From Flavobacteriales bacterium (lineage in GTDB: Bacteria > Bacteroidota > Bacteroidia > Palsa-965), in the NCBI GenBank assembly GCA_040377305.1, contig JBEIPA010000005.1, positions 32,001 through 96,000 of the forward strand: a stretch of DNA of 64,000 nt, in the 5' to 3' direction. Both the position numbers and the translations under genes were made by a program. Shown piece after piece: positions 49,709 through 64,000 of this stretch (its first letter is position 1; the number at the start of each line of letters is the position of its first letter). The notes under the pieces are model-generated. The model was given only the letters and a program-made list of their open reading frames with translations. It did no database searches and had not been told where the DNA came from.

Positions 49709-51873
49709 TTCTTTTTCTTTTTAATGTTTGATAGTTCACTTCCGAATTTGTCCAATATTTCTTCAATCGACATATTTAATTCTTTAGATAATTTATCTGC
49801 AAGGCGCTCAAGTTCATTCCTAGCCGATTGCACGTTATTAATGTCTTGGCGGATAGTTCGAACGTCCGCTTCACTCGGTTGAATAAAATCCAGAACGTAA
49901 TTTTTGTTTTTCAATATCTCCAATTCTTCGCGACAATAATTCACCGAAGTTCCAACGCCAGAAAGAGTAATCCAACCCAATCCGCGGGTCATTGCTGTAA
50001 ATATTTTATTTCTTTCAGTAATGTCGTTTTTATTTGTAAACACTTAATCAATACCTATTATATAAACTGACCCTGCTTCATTACCTTTTGCCCTAAATAT
50101 CGAGGATAACGTGACATGATCTTTGACTTTAAACACACTATTGTTCGTTGGAACATTTAAAAGATTAAAACACTTGACCCCATTAGCAGACAACTTTTGT
50201 TCGATAAACCCAAAGTAAGTTTTGGCATTCCGATTATCCATACAGACCACACTAATGTCTTCAGGATTAAGTTCCTTCGATAAATCTTCAAGTATTAAAT
50301 CAGCAACGCTTGCGCATTCCTGAGCCATACCTTCAAAATGCAAAACCTTAATTATTTCATTGGGGTCATCTAAGAAAGTATTTTTAAGTTCAAAACTATT
50401 CGCGAGTGGTCTAGAGATCACCATTTTCGAGCCAGGAGATGAATCACCAGATTCAACTTTAAAGCCAAGACTTTCCCAATGGTCGTTGCTTTCAAGTCGT
50501 TGAAGTACTTTTGCCTTCTCACTTTTAGCGTCAGTGTTGTAAATTCCAATTCCTAAAGAAAATGCAGCGATAAGAATTTTTCTGGGATTTCGGTAACATT
50601 TATGCAAGACAAGATCCTGTAAATGATCAATGCTTCTTTCAAAGTCGATGTACCATTCTCCGTTTAAGTCCCGGCCAAATGTTTCCTTTTCACTTTGAAG
50701 TTTAATGTCCAGAATATTTTGAAAATCGTCATAGGCCCAAACAACCCGATTATTTCTCGTAAGCGCTCGGCACAATCGATAAAAACTAATTGGAAAGTCT
50801 TGTGCCTCATCAAGCAAGCAATAGTCATACTGTGTTTTCAATACGTTCTTATTGAGTTCCTGACAGATGAAATCGAAAGGCTCTTCAGTTGATTTGAACC
50901 GCGCAGAATCCAGTGACATCGGATAAACGCCATTGTTCTTACATGCGTTATAATATACTCCTTCCAAACTTTTCCCTCCCCACGCGTGCATAATGTGGAT
51001 CTTATTCCAATTGGGATCCTTCTCCGCGAACTGACGATAAAAACGCGTAACCAGTCGTTTGACTAGATCATTTAGACTCTTAGTATAATATGTATAAAGG
51101 ATTTCTGCATCTGGATTCTGTAAGTGAATCTGTGCGGCCTTCATTGCTAGAATAATTGTTTTACCAGATCCAGCCAAACCACGAATACGTTGAGCCCCAT
51201 CAATTGTAAACAGCGCTGCTCGCTTTTGTTCAATGTCAAAATTGTACATTGCACTTTCAATCAACGTAAGGATCGCGCCCTTCGAATTTTTATAATCGAC
51301 TTTATCCTTGAGCTTCCTCTCACTAACTTTAGGAATACCTTTAGATCCCTCGATTGTAGCTTTCAAATCTTTAAAATCAGCATCGCTAAGTGGTTCTCCA
51401 TTGTACTTTTCCAATAGTGATTCCAGACCAGACTGATTAGAAATAAAATCAATATCCTGAGAATTTTCAACTAGCTTCGTTTGTCCATCGGCAGATAAGT
51501 AGTAAATCACTGGAGTGATAGTTACTTTCAGTTCTCGTCTTGCGCGCTGCAAACCTGGCGCATCTTTGAGGATTTTTGCAAAAATAATTCGATCAATTTC
51601 ATTAAGATCTTGCACAATTTGCTCAAGATTAATTTCAGCCCGATCTGAAAATTCCGCGCACTCAAAAATTACAACACCGTGACTCTGGCTAACAAGAAGG
51701 AGACTCGGAGTTACGATTTTTCTACCTGTTTCATCAGGGTATAATGGAAATTGATGGTATATACTAACATTACCCAGATCCTTCTTTCGGTCAATAGAGC
51801 CTAACATCTCAATCAACGACTGAACGCTTGGTTGTTCTTTGACCAAAACCTCGTTCATATTTCTCTCTATCAT
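49705..51873 (-). pseudogene. SF1 (UvrD-like) helicase with N-terminal nuclease-like region, interrupted by in-frame TAA at 50044-50046
   Basis: GLAGSGKT, DEAQDF, CYRNP, AKGNEA in 50044..51873; motif VI RNKIFTAMTR in the same frame just after the stop. Confidence 0.85.
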
Positions 51874-52097
51874 CGCTCTTGATATTTCAATTATTATAAA
51901 TTAACTATTTCAAATATAATCAATACAATCAGGGAGGATTTGTTTAACCGTTTGAAAACGGATATTCTTCAAAATTGGCCAAAAACAAAGCCCCACAGTT
52001 ACCCGCACGGCTTTCCTTGACTAAATGATTTCTGATTCAGCCTACCCCTCCTCTTCCATCATCCGAATCGCGGAGACGCAACGTAATCGGAGATGCG

Positions 52098-52126
52098 GCG
52101 GTCCGGACGGGACTCGAACCCGCGAC
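52098..52126 (-). mobile_element. 3' fragment of tRNA-Asp (att-site remnant) at the edge of the accessory region
   Basis: Minus strand GTCGCGGGTTCGAGTCCCGTCCGGACCGC is a T-arm plus acceptor 3' strand; no 5' half present. Confidence 0.7.
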
Positions 52127-52130
52127 TTTA

Positions 52131-52165
52131 TAAAACCGAAAGCGCCACCATTTCTGGTAGCGCTC
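52131..52165 (-). terminator. rpoC Rho-independent terminator
   Basis: GAGCGCTACCA-GAAA-TGGTGGCGCTT followed by a U-rich tail. Confidence 0.75.
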
Positions 52166-52192
52166 TCTTTTCTATCTGACCAAAGTCTCGGC

Positions 52193-55100
52193 CTACGCCT
52201 CCTCTTCCATCGTCTCTTTCTTCGCTTGCATCAATTTCTCGAACTCTTCTTTCGATCCTACTACAAGCTTCTCGTAAGCGCGGAGACCCGTTCCCGCAGG
52301 AATCAAGTGACCAACAATTACGTTCTCTTTCAAACCTTTCAGGTGATCCTGCTTGCCGTTGACAGCTGCTTCGTTCAGGACTTTTGTAGTCTCCTGGAAC
52401 GATGCTGCAGACACCCACGAATTAGTCTGGAGTGATGCTCGTGTAATACCTTGAAGAATCTGTGATGAAGTTGAAGGAACTGCATCGCGTGCATCAACAA
52501 GCTTCTGGTCTTTGCGCTTCAACATTGAATTCTCGTCGCGCAAACGACGTGCAGAAATAATTTGTCCTGCTTTCAGACTTGCTGAATCTCCTGGTTCGAT
52601 AACAACTTTCTTCGCGAACAAACGATCGTTCTCTTCCATGAAATCAGCTTTGTTGATGATCTGAGTTTCAAGGAACATAGTATCGCCCGGATCTACGATG
52701 TCTACTTTGCGCATCATCTGGCGGACGATTACTTCAAAGTGTTTGTCGTTGATCTTCACACCCTGCAAACGATATACTTCCTGTACTTCGTTTACAAGAT
52801 ATTCCTGCACCGCAGTTGGTCCTTTGATCGCGAGGATATCTCCAGGGCTGATGCTTCCATCAGACAATGATTCTCCTGCACGAATAAAGTCGTTCTCCTG
52901 TACAAGGATGTGTTTCGACAGTGGAATAAGATAAGTCTTCTTCTCACCTGTACGCGACTCAACCATTACCTCACGGTTACCACGTTTGATTTTTCCGAAT
53001 GTAACTACACCGTCGATCTCAGAAACCACAGCAGGATTGCTTGGGTTACGTGCTTCGAACAATTCTGTTACGCGTGGAAGACCACCTGTGATATCGCCTT
53101 GCTTACCAAGTGCGCGCGGAATCTTAACGAGAATTTGTCCCGCCTCAATTTTCGCTCCGTCCTCAATAACAATATGCGCCGCTACCGGAATGTTATAGTT
53201 CTTCAGAATCTCCGCTCCACCGATGATTCGGATAGAAGGGTTCTTCGTCTTGTCTTTTGATTCAGTAATTACTTTCTCACGGAAGCCGGTCTGTTCGTCA
53301 GACTCTTCGCGGAACGTAATACCTTCTTCGATGTGATCGAATTCAACTTTACCAGCGAACTCAGATACGATAACAGCGTTGTACGGATCCCAGTCGCAGA
53401 TCGTCTGACCTTTCTTAACTGTATCACCGTTCTTCACATACAGTACAGATCCGTAAGGAACGTTTCCTGTTGTAAGTACAATTCCTGTATTCGAATCAGA
53501 AATGCGCATCTCAGCTGAACGGCCGATTACAACATCCTGCATTCCGTCTTCTGTTTTACGCTTCACTGTACGGAGCTCGTCCATCTCAATGATACCGTCG
53601 TACTTCGCTTCCAGTTTAGAAGCTGCAGCAGAACCTCCCGCAACCCCACCAACGTGGAATGTACGGAGTGTAAGCTGTGTACCCGGCTCACCGATTGACT
53701 GTGCTGCGATAACGCCAACAGCTTCACCTTGCTGAACCATGCGGCCCGTTGCAAGATTACGTCCGTAACATTTTCCGCATACACCTTGCTTCGATTCGCA
53801 AGTGAGTACCGAACGGATCTCAACAGTTTCGATTGCTGAATTCTCAATACGTGTTGCAAACTCTTCCGTGATCTGCATTCCCGATTCAATGATCAGGTCG
53901 CCGGTCTGCGGATCGTATACATCATGTACAGTTGTGCGTCCGAGTACACGATCGTACAACGACTCTACAACTTCGTCTGACTTCTTCAATGCACCAGCAA
54001 CGAGTCCGCGCAATGTACCGCAATCGTCGTCTGTGATTACAACATCCTGTGCAACGTCAACGAGACGACGTGTGAGGTAACCCGCATCCGCCGTTTTAAG
54101 TGCTGTATCGGCAAGACCTTTACGCGCACCGTGAGTTGAAATGAAGTACTCCAAAATCGAAAGACCTTCTTTGAAGTTTGAGATAACCGGGTTCTCGATA
54201 ATTTCTCCGCCCGATGATCCTGCCTTAGAAGGTTTCGCCATCAGACCACGCATACCACCGAGCTGTTTGATCTGCTCTTTAGAACCACGTGCACCTGAAT
54301 CCAACATCATGTAAACAGGGTTGAAACCTTGTCTGTCTGATGAAAGCTGATCAAGTACTCGCTTCGTGATACGGTTATTTGTGTGTGTCCAGATGTCGAT
54401 GATCTGGTTATAACGTTCGTTGTTCGTGATGAAGCCCATGTTATAGTTGCTCTTCACTTCGTCAACGAGTCCGTTTGCTTCTTCAATCATCTTCACCTTC
54501 TCAACAGGTACGATGATGTCGCCAAGGTTAAACGAAAGTCCACCACGGAATGCTGCCATAAACCCGAGCTGCTTGATATCATCAAGGAACTTCGCGGTGT
54601 TAGCCATTCCGGTTTCTTTCAGTACGTAACCGATGATGTCACGCAACGATTTCTTCGTAAGAAGTTCGTTGATGTAACCTGCATCGTGCGGTACAACCTG
54701 GTTGAAAATGATTCGTCCAAGCGTTGTCTCAATAATTTTTGGAACAAGCGTGTTGTCTTCATTTCTGTGATTCGGAACTTTTACTTTCACGAATGCATTG
54801 AGGTCAACACGTCCTTCGTTGTACGCGATGATTGCTTCTTCTGCATTGTAGAATGTAAGTCCTTCTCCTTTGATCACCAATGTCTCATCTGTCTTACGAC
54901 CTTTCGTCATATAGTACAGACCCAACACCATATCTTGCGATGGTACAGTGATAGGAGCACCGTTCGCAGGGTTAAGGATGTTGTGTGACGCAAGCATCAA
55001 CAATTGTGCTTCAAGAATTGCAGCGTTACCGAGTGGAACGTGCACTGCCATCTGGTCACCGTCAAAGTCAGCGTTGAATGCTGTACATACGAGTGGGTGA

Positions 55101-56488
55101 AGCTGGATTGCTTTTCCTTCGATAAGTTTCGGCTGGAATGCCTGGATACCGAGACGGTGAAGTGTTGGTGCACGGTTCAGAAGAACCGGGTGACCTTTCA
55201 AAACGTTCTCAAGAATATCCCACACTACTGCGTCTTTACGGTCAACGATTTTCTTCGCCGATTTCACCGTCTTCACAATTCCTCTTTCGATGAGCTTGCG
55301 AATAATGAATGGTTTGAAGAGCTCCGCTGCCATGTCTTTTGGAAGACCGCACTCGTGCAATTTCAACTCAGGACCTACGACGATAACTGAACGTGCAGAA
55401 TAATCGACACGCTTACCAAGAAGGTTCTGACGGAAGCGGCCTTGTTTCCCTTTCAATGAATCAGAAAGTGATTTCAGAGCACGGTTTGATTCTGTCTTCA
55501 CCGCGTTTGACTTACGCGAGTTGTCGAACAGGGAATCAACTGCTTCCTGCAACATACGTTTCTCGTTACGGAGAATTACGTCTGGTGCTTTAATTTCAAT
55601 AAGACGCTTCAAACGGTTGTTACGGATGATCACACGACGATACAAGTCGTTAAGATCCGACGTAGCAAAACGTCCGCCATCCAGTGGAACAAGAGGACGA
55701 AGTTCAGGTGGAATTACCGGAACAACTTTGATGATCATCCACTCCGGACGATTCTCAACATTCTTATTCGCCTGACGGAACGCTTCAACAACCTGAAGGC
55801 GTTTCAATGCTTCGTTCTTACGTTGCTGTGAAGTCTCGTTGCCCGCTTTGTGGCGAAGCTCGTACGACAACTCATCAAGTTTAGTGCGCTGGAGAAGATC
55901 GTAAAGAGCTTCTGCACCCATTTTCGCAATGAACTTGTTTGGATCGGTATCATCCAGGTACTGGTTCTCTTTTGGAAGCGTCTCGAGAATTTCGAGGTAC
56001 TGATCTTCCGTAAGGAAATCCATGTGGTTGATTCCGTCTGCACCTTTAATACCAGCGTTGATTACAACATAACGCTCGTAGTAAATGATCATGTCCATCT
56101 TCTTCGTTGGAAGACCGAGGAGATAACCGATTTTGTTTGGCAGTGAACGGAAATACCAGATGTGTGCAACAGGCACAGTAAGGCTGATATGCCCCATGCG
56201 CTCGCGACGAACTTTCTTCTCTGTTACTTCAACACCGCAACGGTCGCACACAATACCCTTATAACGGATACGCTTGTACTTACCGCAATGACATTCCCAA
56301 TCCTTAACCGGTCCGAAAATACGTTCGCAGAACAAACCATCACGTTCAGGCTTGTACGTACGATAGTTAATCGTCTCCGGCTTCAGCACCTCTCCGCTCG
56401 AACGCTCAAGAATCGATTCCGGAGAAGCGAGACTGATCGTGATCGTCGAGAAGTTGCTTTTTATTTTGACATCTTTTCTGAAAGACAT
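52193..56488 (-). CDS. rpoC: RNA polymerase beta' subunit
   Basis: [23 protein letters not shown] zinc motif; start reassigned to MSFRKD. Confidence 0.99.
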   Translation of the reverse strand: MSFRKDVKIKSNFSTITISLASPESILERSSGEVLKPETINYRTYKPERDGLFCERIFGPVKDWECHCGKYKRIRYKGIVCDRCGVEVTEKKVRRERMGHISLTVPVAHIWYFRSLPNKIGYLLGLPTKKMDMIIYYERYVVINAGIKGADGINHMDFLTEDQYLEILETLPKENQYLDDTDPNKFIAKMGAEALYDLLQRTKLDELSYELRHKAGNETSQQRKNEALKRLQVVEAFRQANKNVENRPEWMIIKVVPVIPPELRPLVPLDGGRFATSDLNDLYRRVIIRNNRLKRLIEIKAPDVILRNEKRMLQEAVDSLFDNSRKSNAVKTESNRALKSLSDSLKGKQGRFRQNLLGKRVDYSARSVIVVGPELKLHECGLPKDMAAELFKPFIIRKLIERGIVKTVKSAKKIVDRKDAVVWDILENVLKGHPVLLNRAPTLHRLGIQAFQPKLIEGKAIQLHPLVCTAFNADFDGDQMAVHVPLGNAAILEAQLLMLASHNILNPANGAPITVPSQDMVLGLYYMTKGRKTDETLVIKGEGLTFYNAEEAIIAYNEGRVDLNAFVKVKVPNHRNEDNTLVPKIIETTLGRIIFNQVVPHDAGYINELLTKKSLRDIIGYVLKETGMANTAKFLDDIKQLGFMAAFRGGLSFNLGDIIVPVEKVKMIEEANGLVDEVKSNYNMGFITNNERYNQIIDIWTHTNNRITKRVLDQLSSDRQGFNPVYMMLDSGARGSKEQIKQLGGMRGLMAKPSKAGSSGGEIIENPVISNFKEGLSILEYFISTHGARKGLADTALKTADAGYLTRRLVDVAQDVVITDDDCGTLRGLVAGALKKSDEVVESLYDRVLGRTTVHDVYDPQTGDLIIESGMQITEEFATRIENSAIETVEIRSVLTCESKQGVCGKCYGRNLATGRMVQQGEAVGVIAAQSIGEPGTQLTLRTFHVGGVAGGSAAASKLEAKYDGIIEMDELRTVKRKTEDGMQDVVIGRSAEMRISDSNTGIVLTTGNVPYGSVLYVKNGDTVKKGQTICDWDPYNAVIVSEFAGKVEFDHIEEGITFREESDEQTGFREKVITESKDKTKNPSIRIIGGAEILKNYNIPVAAHIVIEDGAKIEAGQILVKIPRALGKQGDITGGLPRVTELFEARNPSNPAVVSEIDGVVTFGKIKRGNREVMVESRTGEKKTYLIPLSKHILVQENDFIRAGESLSDGSISPGDILAIKGPTAVQEYLVNEVQEVYRLQGVKINDKHFEVIVRQMMRKVDIVDPGDTMFLETQIINKADFMEENDRLFAKKVVIEPGDSASLKAGQIISARRLRDENSMLKRKDQKLVDARDAVPSTSSQILQGITRASLQTNSWVSAASFQETTKVLNEAAVNGKQDHLKGLKENVIVGHLIPAGTGLRAYEKLVVGSKEEFEKLMQAKKETMEEEA

Positions 56489-56509
56489 GTTCTTGTATTT
56501 AAAGTTATG

Positions 56510-56537
56510 ATCGACGCAGGAAAAATCCTGCGTCGAT
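56510..56537. other. Perfect 12-bp hairpin in the rpoB-rpoC spacer
   Basis: ATCGACGCAGGA-AAAA-TCCTGCGTCGAT. Confidence 0.6.
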
Positions 56538-56550
56538 ATTGTCAAATCAA

Positions 56551-60366
<3,816 letters not shown>

Positions 60367-60400
60367 TTTTTATTCTTTGTGATGAAACGCACTGTAAGCA

Positions 60401-60453
60401 ACAAAAGGGTTTAGACCAGTGCTACGTGTACACGTGGCAACCTGGTCTAAACC
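60401..60453 (-). terminator. rplL-rpoB attenuator/terminator hairpin
   Basis: GGTTTAGACCAG...CTGGTCTAAACC long stem followed by CTTTTGT on the minus strand. Confidence 0.65.
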
Positions 60454-60473
60454 TTAAAAGTTATTGAAGGAGA

Positions 60474-60842
60474 TTACTTGATCTCAACTTCAGCACCAGC
60501 AGCTTCGAGCAGTTTCTTAAGTTCTTCAGCTCCGGCTTTGTCGATACCTTCTTTAATAGGTTTCGGTGCACCGTCAACGAGATCTTTCGCTTCTTTCAGT
60601 CCGAGTCCGGTTGCGTCTTTCACAACTTTCACAACCTGAAGTTTCTGACCACCACCTGATTTCAGGATGACATCAAATGTTGTCTTTTCAGCAGCAGCAG
60701 CAGCGCCACCACCAGCAGCAACTACTACAGCTGCAGCAGCTGGTTCGATACCGTAATCGTTCTTGAGAATATCAGCAAGGTCTTTCACTTCTTTTACTGT
60801 GAGGTTAACAAGCTGCTCAGCAAATGCTTTAACGTCTGCCAT
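60474..60842 (-). CDS. rplL: 50S ribosomal protein L7/L12
   Basis: [24 protein letters not shown]. Confidence 0.99.
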   Translation of the reverse strand: MADVKAFAEQLVNLTVKEVKDLADILKNDYGIEPAAAAVVVAAGGGAAAAAEKTTFDVILKSGGGQKLQVVKVVKDATGLGLKEAKDLVDGAPKPIKEGIDKAGAEELKKLLEAAGAEVEIK

Positions 60843-60914
60843 TGTATTTTGGTTTTTTTGAGATTAGACTTAGTTTGTAATTTTTCTATTTGAGTTCCGG
60901 AGTAACAATAAGTT

Positions 60915-61439
60915 TTAAGCCGGAGTTTCAGAAGATGCTTCAGCACCTCCCTCTTTCTTTTCTGCGTTCGCAACGAGGCCTGAAATTACATTCCGGGCAG
61001 GAGCCATGAGAGCTGAGATTACGTCGGCAATCATTTCGTTTTTCGATTTGATTGCTGCCAGTCCGTCCAGTTGGTCATCACCAACGTACACACTGTTCTC
61101 AACATAAGCTGCTTTCAATACAGGCTTCTTGTTCGTTCTGCGGAACTCTTTAATCAGTTTCGCCGGACCTGCGCTTGTTTCAGAAAACATGATTGAAGTT
61201 GAACCTTTCAACGCAACATACATTCCATTCCATTCTGCGTCGTTGGTTTTCTCCAATGCTTTCCGAAGCAACGTGTTTTTTACCACTACCAGTTTAATGT
61301 TCTGGTCATAGCATTTTCTACGGAGCTCACTAGTCTTGTGAGACGGAAGCTCCGAAGTGTCTGCCAGGTAAAAATTCTTGCTTGACGCAAGAAGTCCCGC
61401 GATGTCTTCGATGATCTGTGATTTATCTACTTTGTTCAT
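60915..61439 (-). CDS. rplJ: 50S ribosomal protein L10
   Basis: LRR....VVKNTLL; position. Confidence 0.97.
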   Translation of the reverse strand: MNKVDKSQIIEDIAGLLASSKNFYLADTSELPSHKTSELRRKCYDQNIKLVVVKNTLLRKALEKTNDAEWNGMYVALKGSTSIMFSETSAGPAKLIKEFRRTNKKPVLKAAYVENSVYVGDDQLDGLAAIKSKNEMIADVISALMAPARNVISGLVANAEKKEGGAEASSETPA

Positions 61440-61450
61440 CTGTCGATTAG

Positions 61451-62143
61451 TTAAGCAATTGACTTGCTTTCGATTTGTACGCTTGGGCTCATTGTGCTAG
61501 ACACGTATACTGAACGCATATAGTCACCTTTAGCAGAAGCAGGTTTCAGTTTCAAAATCGTTGACAGGATTTCGTTTGCGTTATCAGCAAGCATATCTGA
61601 AGAGAAAGAAACTTTTCCGATAGGAACCGCAATGATTCCCGCTTTATCAACTTTGAAGTCGATTTTGCCGGCTTTTGATTCTTTCGTTGCTTTCGCAACA
61701 TCCATCGTAACGGTGCCGGTCTTCGGGTTAGGCATCAGACCGCGAGGCCCGAGTACTTTACCTAAAGCACCAACTTTACCCATCATAGACGGTGTTGTGA
61801 TGATAACGTCCACATCAGTCCAGCCTTCACGAATTTTCGTGATGTAATCGTCACCACCAACGAAATCAGCTCCGGCAGCAGTTGCTTCGGCTTCTTTATC
61901 TGGTGTGCAGATTACAAGTACGCGTACATTCTTACCTGTTCCGTGCGGAAGAGATACAGAACCACGTACCATCTGGTTTGCTTTACGCGGATCAACTCCG
62001 AGGCGGATACTTAAATCTACCGATGAGTCGAACTTTGTTGTGGTGATTTCCTTAATGATTTTGGTTGCATCAAGAACGTTGTACGACTTTGTTGCGTCGT
62101 ACTTGCCAATGATGGTCTTCCTTTTTTTAGTCAGTTTAGCCAT
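61451..62143 (-). CDS. rplA: 50S ribosomal protein L1
   Basis: [23 protein letters not shown]. Confidence 0.99.
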   Translation of the reverse strand: MAKLTKKRKTIIGKYDATKSYNVLDATKIIKEITTTKFDSSVDLSIRLGVDPRKANQMVRGSVSLPHGTGKNVRVLVICTPDKEAEATAAGADFVGGDDYITKIREGWTDVDVIITTPSMMGKVGALGKVLGPRGLMPNPKTGTVTMDVAKATKESKAGKIDFKVDKAGIIAVPIGKVSFSSDMLADNANEILSTILKLKPASAKGDYMRSVYVSSTMSPSVQIESKSIA

Positions 62144-62213
62144 TGAACCGATTTTGTGACGTTCGAACGATTACTGCCTCATTGCAGTGATCTCCGTCTG
62201 ATTTAACTTCTGT

Positions 62214-62657
62214 TTACTTGTTGAGCGGGCTCTCACCCGTTACAGATACACCCATGCTGCGAGCTGTTCCTGCTACCATGCTCATTGCTGAGTCTACAGT
62301 AAAGCAGTTGAGATCGGGCATTTTTGCTTCTGCAATTGTGCGCACCTGTTCCCATGAGATTGAACCAGCACGTTTGCGGTTCGACTCTCCTGAGCCAGCC
62401 TGGATTTTAGCATGTTCCATGATCTGCACAGCTACCGGCGGAGTTTTGATGATAAATTCAAATGATTTATCAGTATACACCGTGATGATAACCGGAAGAA
62501 CTTTTCCAGCCTTGTCCTGCGTACGAGCATTGAACTGCTTGCAAAACTCCATGATGTTCACACCTTTCGCACCCAATGCAGGTCCGATCGGAGGTGAAGG
62601 GTTAGCAGCGCCACCCTTGATCTGAAGCTTAATTAATGCACCTACTTCTTTTGCCAT
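62214..62657 (-). CDS. rplK: 50S ribosomal protein L11
   Basis: [28 protein letters not shown]. Confidence 0.99.
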   Translation of the reverse strand: MAKEVGALIKLQIKGGAANPSPPIGPALGAKGVNIMEFCKQFNARTQDKAGKVLPVIITVYTDKSFEFIIKTPPVAVQIMEHAKIQAGSGESNRKRAGSISWEQVRTIAEAKMPDLNCFTVDSAMSMVAGTARSMGVSVTGESPLNK

Positions 62658-62750
62658 TGTACTTTACTTTTTTTCGTTGTGCCCCGATGTTTACCATCGT
62701 GACGATTCTGTTATTTGTGGAAGCGCGTAACAGCGAGTTAATGATGCAGA

Positions 62751-63314
62751 CTATTCTTTTTCTACCTGCATGTAGTTGAGCTCAAGCGGCGTCTTTCTTC
62801 CGAAAATTTTCACCATTACTTTGAGCTTCTTCTTCTCTTCGTTGATCTCTTCGATCACACCAGAGAATGTATTGAATGGTCCGTCGATTACTTTAACCTG
62901 CTCACCTACTACAAACTGGTTGAGCATAGTTTCTTCAGCACCTGCCATCTCATCGACCTTACCAAGAATACGGTTGATCTCAGAATGTCTCAGCGGAACA
63001 GGATCTCCTGTTTTCGAACCGAGGAATCCGATTACACCCGTAATATTTTTCAGCAAGTGAGGAATCTCACCTACCAATGAACCTTCAAGCATTACATATC
63101 CCGGGAAGATGTTACGCTCTTTGCTCACTTTTTTTCCGCCACGGATCTGAATTACCTTCTCCATTGGAATGAGCACCTGCGTTACATAATCTCCAAGACC
63201 GAGACGCGTGATTTCAGATTCGATGTACTGCTTGATCTTCTTCTCCTTGCCGTTCACCACGCGAAGTACATACCACTTCTTAACCTGCGAATCGTTATTT
63301 TGAACTTCAGCCAT
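62751..63314 (-). CDS. nusG: Transcription termination/antitermination factor NusG
   Basis: WYVLRV..GKE, FPGYV, KOW DGPFNTFSG, IFGRKTPLEL. Confidence 0.98.
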   Translation of the reverse strand: MAEVQNNDSQVKKWYVLRVVNGKEKKIKQYIESEITRLGLGDYVTQVLIPMEKVIQIRGGKKVSKERNIFPGYVMLEGSLVGEIPHLLKNITGVIGFLGSKTGDPVPLRHSEINRILGKVDEMAGAEETMLNQFVVGEQVKVIDGPFNTFSGVIEEINEEKKKLKVMVKIFGRKTPLELNYMQVEKE

Positions 63315-63336
63315 TGTAGCTTCGTATTTCAATCAA

Positions 63337-63525
63337 TTACATTGAGTAAACAAGTTCCATTCCTGTCTGGAATGCAAAGTCCATCGCGAATACTACGATT
63401 GCAAAAATTACAGTTGCAATCATTACGATGATAGCGCTCTCTTGCAACTCAGCCCAGCTTGGCCATGTTACTTTGTTCACGAGCTCGTCGTAAACTTCAT
63501 CGAACCATACTCTCATTTTGTTCAT
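63337..63525 (-). CDS. secE: Preprotein translocase SecE
   Basis: ELVNKVTWPS..EL plus one TM. Confidence 0.97.
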   Translation of the reverse strand: MNKMRVWFDEVYDELVNKVTWPSWAELQESAIIVMIATVIFAIVVFAMDFAFQTGMELVYSM

Positions 63526-63583
63526 ACTCGATCTTTTTTGCTGCCGGTTCCCGATAAAATCGGGTCGGATTAATTTTTCGTTG

Positions 63584-63654
63584 CACGGGCACCAGGACTC
63601 GAACCTAGATCAACGGTTTTGGAGACCGCTATTCTACCATTGAACTATGCCCGT
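63584..63654 (-). tRNA. tRNA-Trp (CCA)
   Basis: ACGGGCATAGTTCAATGGTAGAATAGCGGTCTCCAAAACCGTTGATCTAGGTTCGAGTCCTGGTGCCCGTG; 3' CCA not encoded. Confidence 0.97.
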
Positions 63655-63698
63655 AGGTGTTAATCATTCACGCTACTCCTCGCTCAATTCGGGTAATT

Positions 63699-63725
63699 TG
63701 TCATGCTGAGCGTAGTCGAAGCATG
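63699..63725. repeat. REP-like element TGTCATGCTGAGCGTAGTCGAAGCATG
   Basis: CATGC/GCATG stem around TGAGC..GTCGAA core; related core at 27001-27019 (reverse). Confidence 0.55.
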
Positions 63726-63799
63726 CACCCGTATTTGGCAGCGAAAGGAGTACGGCATTTTATAGCCGCACTCCTTCGTCTGCAAATTGTATTTCAGTC

Positions 63800-64000
63800 T
63801 TATCGTGTAATCTCGATAACCTGACCAGCACCTACTGTGCGGCCACCTTCACGGATTGCGAAACGAAGACCTTTGTCCATTGCAATCGGAACGATCAATT
63901 TAACTGCGATCGTTACGTTGTCACCAGGCATAACCATCTCACGTCCTTCAGGAAGTGTGATCTCGCCAGTAACGTCAGTTGTACGGAAGTAGAACTGTGG
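63800..64000 (-). CDS. tuf: Elongation factor Tu, 3' end only
   Basis: [12 protein letters not shown]...EMVMPGDNV...[16 protein letters not shown]. Confidence 0.99.
   Translation of the reverse strand, partial: PQFYFRTTDVTGEITLPEGREMVMPGDNVTIAVKLIVPIAMDKGLRFAIREGGRTVGAGQVIEITR

Noticed and set aside
45901-51873. Gabija (OLD nuclease plus helicase)
   Set aside because: The genes are convergent, not an operon, and the helicase is coupled to DUF2290
52060-52170. Complete tRNA-Asp gene
   Set aside because: D-arm and anticodon arm are absent; the rpoC terminator occupies that position
56489-56545. N-terminal extension of RpoC in the ORF track
   Set aside because: It spans an intergenic hairpin; the ATG at 56488 gives the normal start

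Overview
Bacteroidota-like chromosomal window: lipoprotein, T9SS and LytTR genes, TAnnTTTG promoter boxes and Bacteroidota-type RpoB/RpoC. The right end (52.2-64 kb, minus strand) is the core tuf-tRNA-Trp-secE-nusG-rplKAJL-rpoBC cluster. The left end holds the tail of a lipid/acyl-modifying operon, mfd, a SRAP gene and a general-stress-type membrane operon. Between ~14.5 and 52.1 kb is an accessory region with no recognisable integrase, ending at a 3' fragment of tRNA-Asp right after the rpoC terminator. It contains a non-canonical Fic, two higBA modules (one with an internally deleted toxin), three paralogous YD-repeat secreted proteins and a frameshifted 5x zinc-ribbon gene. It also holds a ~15 kb block bracketed by a 204-bp diverged direct repeat and an AT-rich defence block (OLD-like nuclease plus unknown partner; helicase-DUF2290 with an in-frame stop). 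The best candidate for an undescribed system lies in the 15 kb block: a TPR histidine kinase/LytTR pair upstream of a DEDDh exonuclease-TIR-TIR(TM)-lipoprotein-TIR(TM-extracytoplasmic) operon. A divergent putative HTH/beta-barrel gene, a paralogous lipoprotein and a fourth, Cys/His-capped TIR lie nearby. All family assignments are from motif recognition by eye; no searches were run.
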